This document shows positions 36,625 through 40,109 of a stretch of DNA of 40,109 nt, one piece after another. The translations under genes were made by a program, and so were the position numbers. Numbering within the stretch: the stretch's first letter is position 1; every line of letters starts with the position of its first letter. The notes under the pieces are model-generated. The model did not search any database and was not told where the DNA came from. It saw only the letters and a program-made list of their open reading frames with translations. This stretch comes from Candidatus Anderseniibacteriota bacterium (GTDB lineage: Bacteria; Patescibacteriota; Andersenbacteria; UBA10190): positions 1-40,109 of the forward strand of contig JBBEDC010000013.1 of NCBI GenBank assembly GCA_040881505.1, given 5' to 3'.

Positions 36625-36935
36625 TGGTGCCACGGGTCAGAATCGAACTGACAACGCCAGCCTCTTCCATAATATAAGGCTAATGGACTATATCATCACC
36701 CACTACAAGCAAGACGCTTGGGTGGGGCTGGGCGCTTCCACTGCAACTGTTGCAATGTACTCCCCGAAGGGATAGTCTCTACACCTTCCTAAATCTGTTT
36801 TCTAAAACAGGTTTAGGCTTGGCTCGGGATTACCTGGCGTAAAGGTTTCCCCGAATTCACCCAGTTTTTTACCACCTGTTACCAGATGGGGCCCCGAAGA
36901 TTCAGGGCTGCGCTCTACCATTGAGCTACCGTGGC
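36625..36935 (-). tRNA. tRNA-Phe(GAA) interrupted by a group I intron (exons 36935-36904 and 36667-36625; CCA encoded)
   Basis: 5' exon is GCCACGG-TA-GCTC-AATGGTA-GAGC-G-CAGCC-CT. 3' exon is GAAGA-GGCTG-GCGTT-GTCAG-TTCGATT-CTGAC-CCGTGGC-A-CCA. Joined, they give a canonical cloverleaf with anticodon loop CTGAAGA. Confidence 0.85.
36668..36903 (-). ncRNA. group I intron, IC3-like, ORF-less (~236 nt)
   Basis: P1 pairs exon GCCCU with intron GGGGC, giving U.G at the 5' splice site. The intron ends in G (..UUAUG). P2 is CCATCTG-GTAA-CAGGTGG with a GNRA loop. Core motifs GAATTCGGGGAAACC (36858-36844), CCCGAGCCAAGCC (36828-36816) and GAAGGTGTAGAGACTA (36788-36773) closely match my recollection of the Azoarcus tRNA-Ile intron core. 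P8 carries a TTCG tetraloop. Confidence 0.8.
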
Positions 36936-37032
36936 ATATTTAGTTGTAGATAGAGGATAGCGGAAGAGGCGCTAATTATCAACAAAAGGGGCTTGCTCAA
37001 ATAGAAGATATTTCGTACAAATACTACACGTT

Positions 37033-37104
37033 GCGGGTATCGTATAGTGGCTATTATAGCTGGTTGCCAATCAGCAGACACGGGTTCGACTCCCGTTACC
37101 CGCT
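37033..37104 (+). tRNA. tRNA-Gly(GCC)
   Basis: Acceptor GCGGGTA/TACCCGC, anticodon stem GCTGG/TCAGC, loop TTGCCAA, T-arm ACGGG-TTCGACT-CCCGT, discriminator T. Confidence 0.9.
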
Positions 37105-37151
37105 CACTGGGAAAGAAGGCTATACAAAATGAGTGATGATATGGTAGGTAT

Positions 37152-37535
37152 ATGTTTAACAGGATTCACCATATAGCAATCATCTGCTCTGACTATCAGA
37201 AATCTAAGCATTTTTATACAAAAATCCTGGGACTTTCTGTATTGAATGAGACGTATCGCGCAGAAAGAGACTCTTACAAGCTGGATTTGAAAGTTGGCGA
37301 GCTATACCAAATAGAGCTTTTTTCCTTTCCCAGCCCGCCAATAAGAACGAGTAATCCCGAAGCTGCTGGGTTACGGCATTTGGCCTTCGAGGTTGATAAT
37401 GTTGAAAGAGTCGTAAGCCACATTATCGATGCAGGAATAGCCGTAGAGGATATAAGGGTTGATGAACATACGGGGAAGAAGTTCACTTTTTTTGCCGACC
37501 CCGACGGACTGCCGCTTGAAATATATGAGAAATAA
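37152..37535 (+). CDS. VOC/glyoxalase I family protein
   Basis: 127 aa. IHHIAIICSDYQKSKHFYTKILGL ... GLRHLAFEVD ... FFADPDGLPLEIYE are typical paired beta-alpha-beta-beta-beta modules. Confidence 0.85.
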   Translation: MFNRIHHIAIICSDYQKSKHFYTKILGLSVLNETYRAERDSYKLDLKVGELYQIELFSFPSPPIRTSNPEAAGLRHLAFEVDNVERVVSHIIDAGIAVEDIRVDEHTGKKFTFFADPDGLPLEIYEK

Positions 37536-37550
37536 CTGTTCCCTATAGAA

Positions 37551-38048
37551 ATGCCCGACCCAACTCCTCAAGAGATGGCTACCTGCGTAGCTGTTCTAAA
37601 ACAACTGGAACCGGGGTTTTTACCTTTGGAACTATTTGATCAAATTGCCCGATTAGTTCGCCTGCCCATGGTCGATGTAGTGCCGATATCCTATAAGGAG
37701 GAACACCTGCATATTGGATTGATACAACGAGAGGTGAACGACATATGGTGGCCGGGTATGTGGCACCTGCCTGGAACTGTTCTGCGGAGCACCGATACGA
37801 TGGAAAGCGCTATTCAAAGGCTGTGTGACGATGAACTTCAAATTCACGCTTCAGATCCGCCTGTATCTCGCGGCTTTTTACTGCACTATAGTAAGAGAGG
37901 AGCAGAAGTAGTCCTTATTTATACCGTAGAAAACTGCTCTTTTGAGGATAAATCGACAATTAAGTGGTTTCCCATAAACGAACTTCCTCAAGAACTTGTT
38001 GATAGCGAGAGAGATGTAATTGCGAGGATAGAGGAGAGCTTAGAGTAG
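37551..38048 (+). CDS. NUDIX-fold-like protein with degenerate Nudix box
   Basis: 165 aa. WHLPGTVLRSTDTMESAIQRLCDDELQI sits where GX5EX7REUXEEXGU is expected, but several catalytic Glu are missing. Confidence 0.45.
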   Translation: MPDPTPQEMATCVAVLKQLEPGFLPLELFDQIARLVRLPMVDVVPISYKEEHLHIGLIQREVNDIWWPGMWHLPGTVLRSTDTMESAIQRLCDDELQIHASDPPVSRGFLLHYSKRGAEVVLIYTVENCSFEDKSTIKWFPINELPQELVDSERDVIARIEESLE

Positions 38049-38498
38049 CTATTCCGTTAGAAACTTCTTTCGAAATTCGTATCCAACAACGGTTGGGATA
38101 TAGAAAACAACATCAGCCGTTATTTTCCCTAAAATAACTCCAAGCTGAAGATTACCCAATTGGGTGGTAAAGAAATAAATGGTAGCCGGACGTATGAGAA
38201 AAATATCCAGCACTTCTGAGAATCCAAACTCTACGATTGCGTTCCTCACCGTTCTATATGCTGACAGAACAGCTGTTTTAGGGGTTATCTGCTCATGCAA
38301 ACGGAGACTTTTACGTAAGTCTCTTGTTATTAGCACACTATAAAATCCCACCACCTCTCCCAATGTGGCTATAATCGCCAAGAGTGCGACTTTATCGGTT
38401 ACCCTCTGCGCAACTACTGCAGTTAGCACTGCAGCTAAGGCTGCCACAATTTCGGCTGGAATATATCGTTTAAGCCACTCGGAGATCTTGTGTTTCAT
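38049..38498 (-). CDS. hypothetical 4-TM membrane protein
   Basis: 149-aa ORF with four hydrophobic segments. Convergent with and abutting the upstream gene. No family recognised. Confidence 0.55.
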   Translation of the reverse strand: MKHKISEWLKRYIPAEIVAALAAVLTAVVAQRVTDKVALLAIIATLGEVVGFYSVLITRDLRKSLRLHEQITPKTAVLSAYRTVRNAIVEFGFSEVLDIFLIRPATIYFFTTQLGNLQLGVILGKITADVVFYIPTVVGYEFRKKFLTE

Positions 38499-38510
38499 AG
38501 TAGTAGAAAT

Positions 38511-39065
38511 CTATAAGGGGCCCATTCGTTGCCGCTCCAAGTGCGCAAAGAACTCCCGGGCCTTAGGGCTCTTTAGATTAGGGCGCACGTTGTTCCAGAA
38601 TTCCTGCAAGTCAGCTCCCTGTGCTTCTTCATACTCCAATGCCTGCATTATCACCTCAATCATGTCGGCATCTTTTACTAATAAGGCCTCTGGGGTGTTC
38701 TGGGCTTCATATTCATGCCATAGCTTTAGGAGGTCGTCACGCCCGGCTGCTTGAGCCAGTTTCTCAAAAGCCAGTCGTTCTTGAGTTTCTTTTTCTTCTG
38801 GAGAGATACCGTCATGTAGGGTAATGTCTCCGACCTCCGCTTCGGCAAGATCATGAATGAGCCCCATAAGCAATACTTTTTCTCGATCTACCCCTTCGTC
38901 AGCAAGCAAATAAGCAGTCAGTGCGGTGCGGTAAGAATGCTCGGCAACAGATTCTGGGTCTTTAATATTTTTACGTATCCATCCGCTTCGAATAACGGTT
39001 TTAAGCTTTCCGGCAGCTCGCAGCAGTATTTCCATGCTCTTCATGGCATTTACTATATCGAACAT
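38511..39065 (-). CDS. HD-domain phosphohydrolase (YfbR/HDDC2-like 5'-nucleotidase family)
   Basis: LKTVIRSGW..PESVAEHSYRTAL...LIHDLAEAEVGDIT...KDADMIE. Start is ambiguous (39101, 39065, 39044 or 39035). The longest form would overlap the divergent paralog. Confidence 0.8.
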   Translation of the reverse strand: MFDIVNAMKSMEILLRAAGKLKTVIRSGWIRKNIKDPESVAEHSYRTALTAYLLADEGVDREKVLLMGLIHDLAEAEVGDITLHDGISPEEKETQERLAFEKLAQAAGRDDLLKLWHEYEAQNTPEALLVKDADMIEVIMQALEYEEAQGADLQEFWNNVRPNLKSPKAREFFAHLERQRMGPL

Positions 39066-39079
39066 GCTAGGGTAAAACC

Positions 39080-39688
39080 ATGGCAGATAAAACCACAGCA
39101 ATCGTTGATTTCCTCTTCGAGGTGGGTATCTTATCCCAAACCCCGCGCAGCTGGCCTCACTTCTTGGGCAGCGGAAAGCAGTCTGTAGCTGAGCATCTCA
39201 ACCGCGCCACATATATTGGTTATGTGCTGGCAAGTATGGAAGGGGATGTCGATATGGCTAAGGTACTACAAATGTGTTTGTTTCATGATCTGGCCGAAGG
39301 CCGTACCAGCGACTTGAACTACGTTCATCAGAAATACACGAGCGTTGACGAGCAGAAGGCGATTGATGAGCTGGCTGACCCGCTGCCATTTGGTGAGAAT
39401 ATTCGCACTATCCTGCATGAATACGAAGAGCGAGAGTCAAAGGAATCCATTGTAGCCAAAGATGCCGATAACCTCGAGTTTATCCTCTCTCTCAAAGAAC
39501 AAACCGACATTGGCAATACTCGATCAAAAACATGGCTGCCTTCTGCCGTTGCCCGGATTAAAACAAAGTCAGGCAAAAAACTAGCAAAGAAGATCCTTGA
39601 AACGGACTCTGATCATTGGTGGTTCGCAGACAAAGACAGTGAGTGGTGGATTACCCGTAATGGAAAAGATGCACATGGGAAAAAATAA
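39080..39688 (+). CDS. HD-domain phosphohydrolase (YfbR/HDDC2-like), paralog
   Basis: FLFEVGILSQTPRSW...SVAEHLNRATYIG...LFHDLAEGRTSDL...KDADNLEF. Confidence 0.8.
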   Translation: MADKTTAIVDFLFEVGILSQTPRSWPHFLGSGKQSVAEHLNRATYIGYVLASMEGDVDMAKVLQMCLFHDLAEGRTSDLNYVHQKYTSVDEQKAIDELADPLPFGENIRTILHEYEERESKESIVAKDADNLEFILSLKEQTDIGNTRSKTWLPSAVARIKTKSGKKLAKKILETDSDHWWFADKDSEWWITRNGKDAHGKK

Positions 39689-40022
39689 TTTAGCACAAAA
39701 ACATTGCGTGCCGTGCCAGGGCGGCGTTCCGCCGCTGGCAGATAAGGAACTACAACAATACGTTCAACAACTTCCTGAGGGCTGGGAAGTAGAAGATACA
39801 AAAAAGCTCATAAAAACATATGAGCTACCCGGATTTCGAGCTAATATCGCATTCGTTAATCAAATAGCGGATATAGCGGAAGAAGAGGACCACCACCCAG
39901 ACCTTCATATTGCATATAACAAGCTCAAAATAGAGCTCTGGACGCATAAAATAGGGGGATTACACGAAAACGACTTTATTCTGGCTGCTAAGATCGGAAA
40001 CCTATATAATCAGCTTAATTAA
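39660..40022 (+). CDS. pterin-4a-carbinolamine dehydratase (PCD/DCoH-like)
   Basis: CVPCQGG N-terminus, FRANIAFVNQIADIAEEEDHHPDL...ELWTHKIGGLHENDF signature. Start is uncertain (39660, 39669 or 39675). It overlaps the 3' end of the upstream HD gene. Confidence 0.8.
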   Translation: MEKMHMGKNNLAQKHCVPCQGGVPPLADKELQQYVQQLPEGWEVEDTKKLIKTYELPGFRANIAFVNQIADIAEEEDHHPDLHIAYNKLKIELWTHKIGGLHENDFILAAKIGNLYNQLN

Positions 40023-40109
40023 GCCAATATATTACTTATTGACAAACCTTCCTAACGTAAGTTCAACAAGTAATTGCACCACTTAAGGAAAAATGAGCCA
40101 ATTCGGCTA

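Noticed and set aside
36506-36775. 89-aa plus-strand ORF in the track
   Set aside because: It runs straight through tRNA-Val, the tRNA-Phe 3' exon and part of the group I intron on the opposite strand. The RNA genes explain the sequence.
40093-40109. Possible gene start (AAGGAA-N4-ATGAGCCAATTCGGCTA) at the right edge
   Set aside because: Only five and a half codons are visible, so it cannot be evaluated.

Overview
This 40.1-kb chromosomal segment reads like a small, streamlined Patescibacteria/CPR-type genome, possibly Saccharibacteria-like (lineage is inference only). It is densely packed with housekeeping genes: a Clp/Hsp100 ATPase, gyrA, an S1-domain protein, a P-type cation ATPase, nusA, a membrane pyrophosphatase, tig, clpP, rny, nfo, a family-4-like UDG and HD hydrolases. 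It also holds six tRNA genes, a vapBC-type toxin-antitoxin pair, and a tightly coupled minus-strand operon (methyltransferase, orphan solute-binding lipoprotein, seven tandem VirB2/TrbC-like mini-pilin paralogs). Two things stand out. (i) tRNA-Phe(GAA) is split after U33 by a ~236-nt ORF-less group I intron with an Azoarcus/Anabaena-like IC3 core. (ii) The backbone (low-to-mid 40s %GC on hand-counted sample lines) is interrupted by at least five short cassettes of ~58-63 %GC, most with their own SD and terminator. These encode uncharacterised coiled-coil/lipoprotein envelope proteins, an SPFH-like plus multi-TM pair, two orphan ORFs, and a divergent OPRT-like/OMPDC-like pair. Two cassettes sit directly 3' of tRNA-Leu genes, yet no integrase, transposase or att duplication is visible. 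I found no CRISPR array, rRNA or recognisable transposon. All functional calls come from motif recognition by eye; no database search was run.
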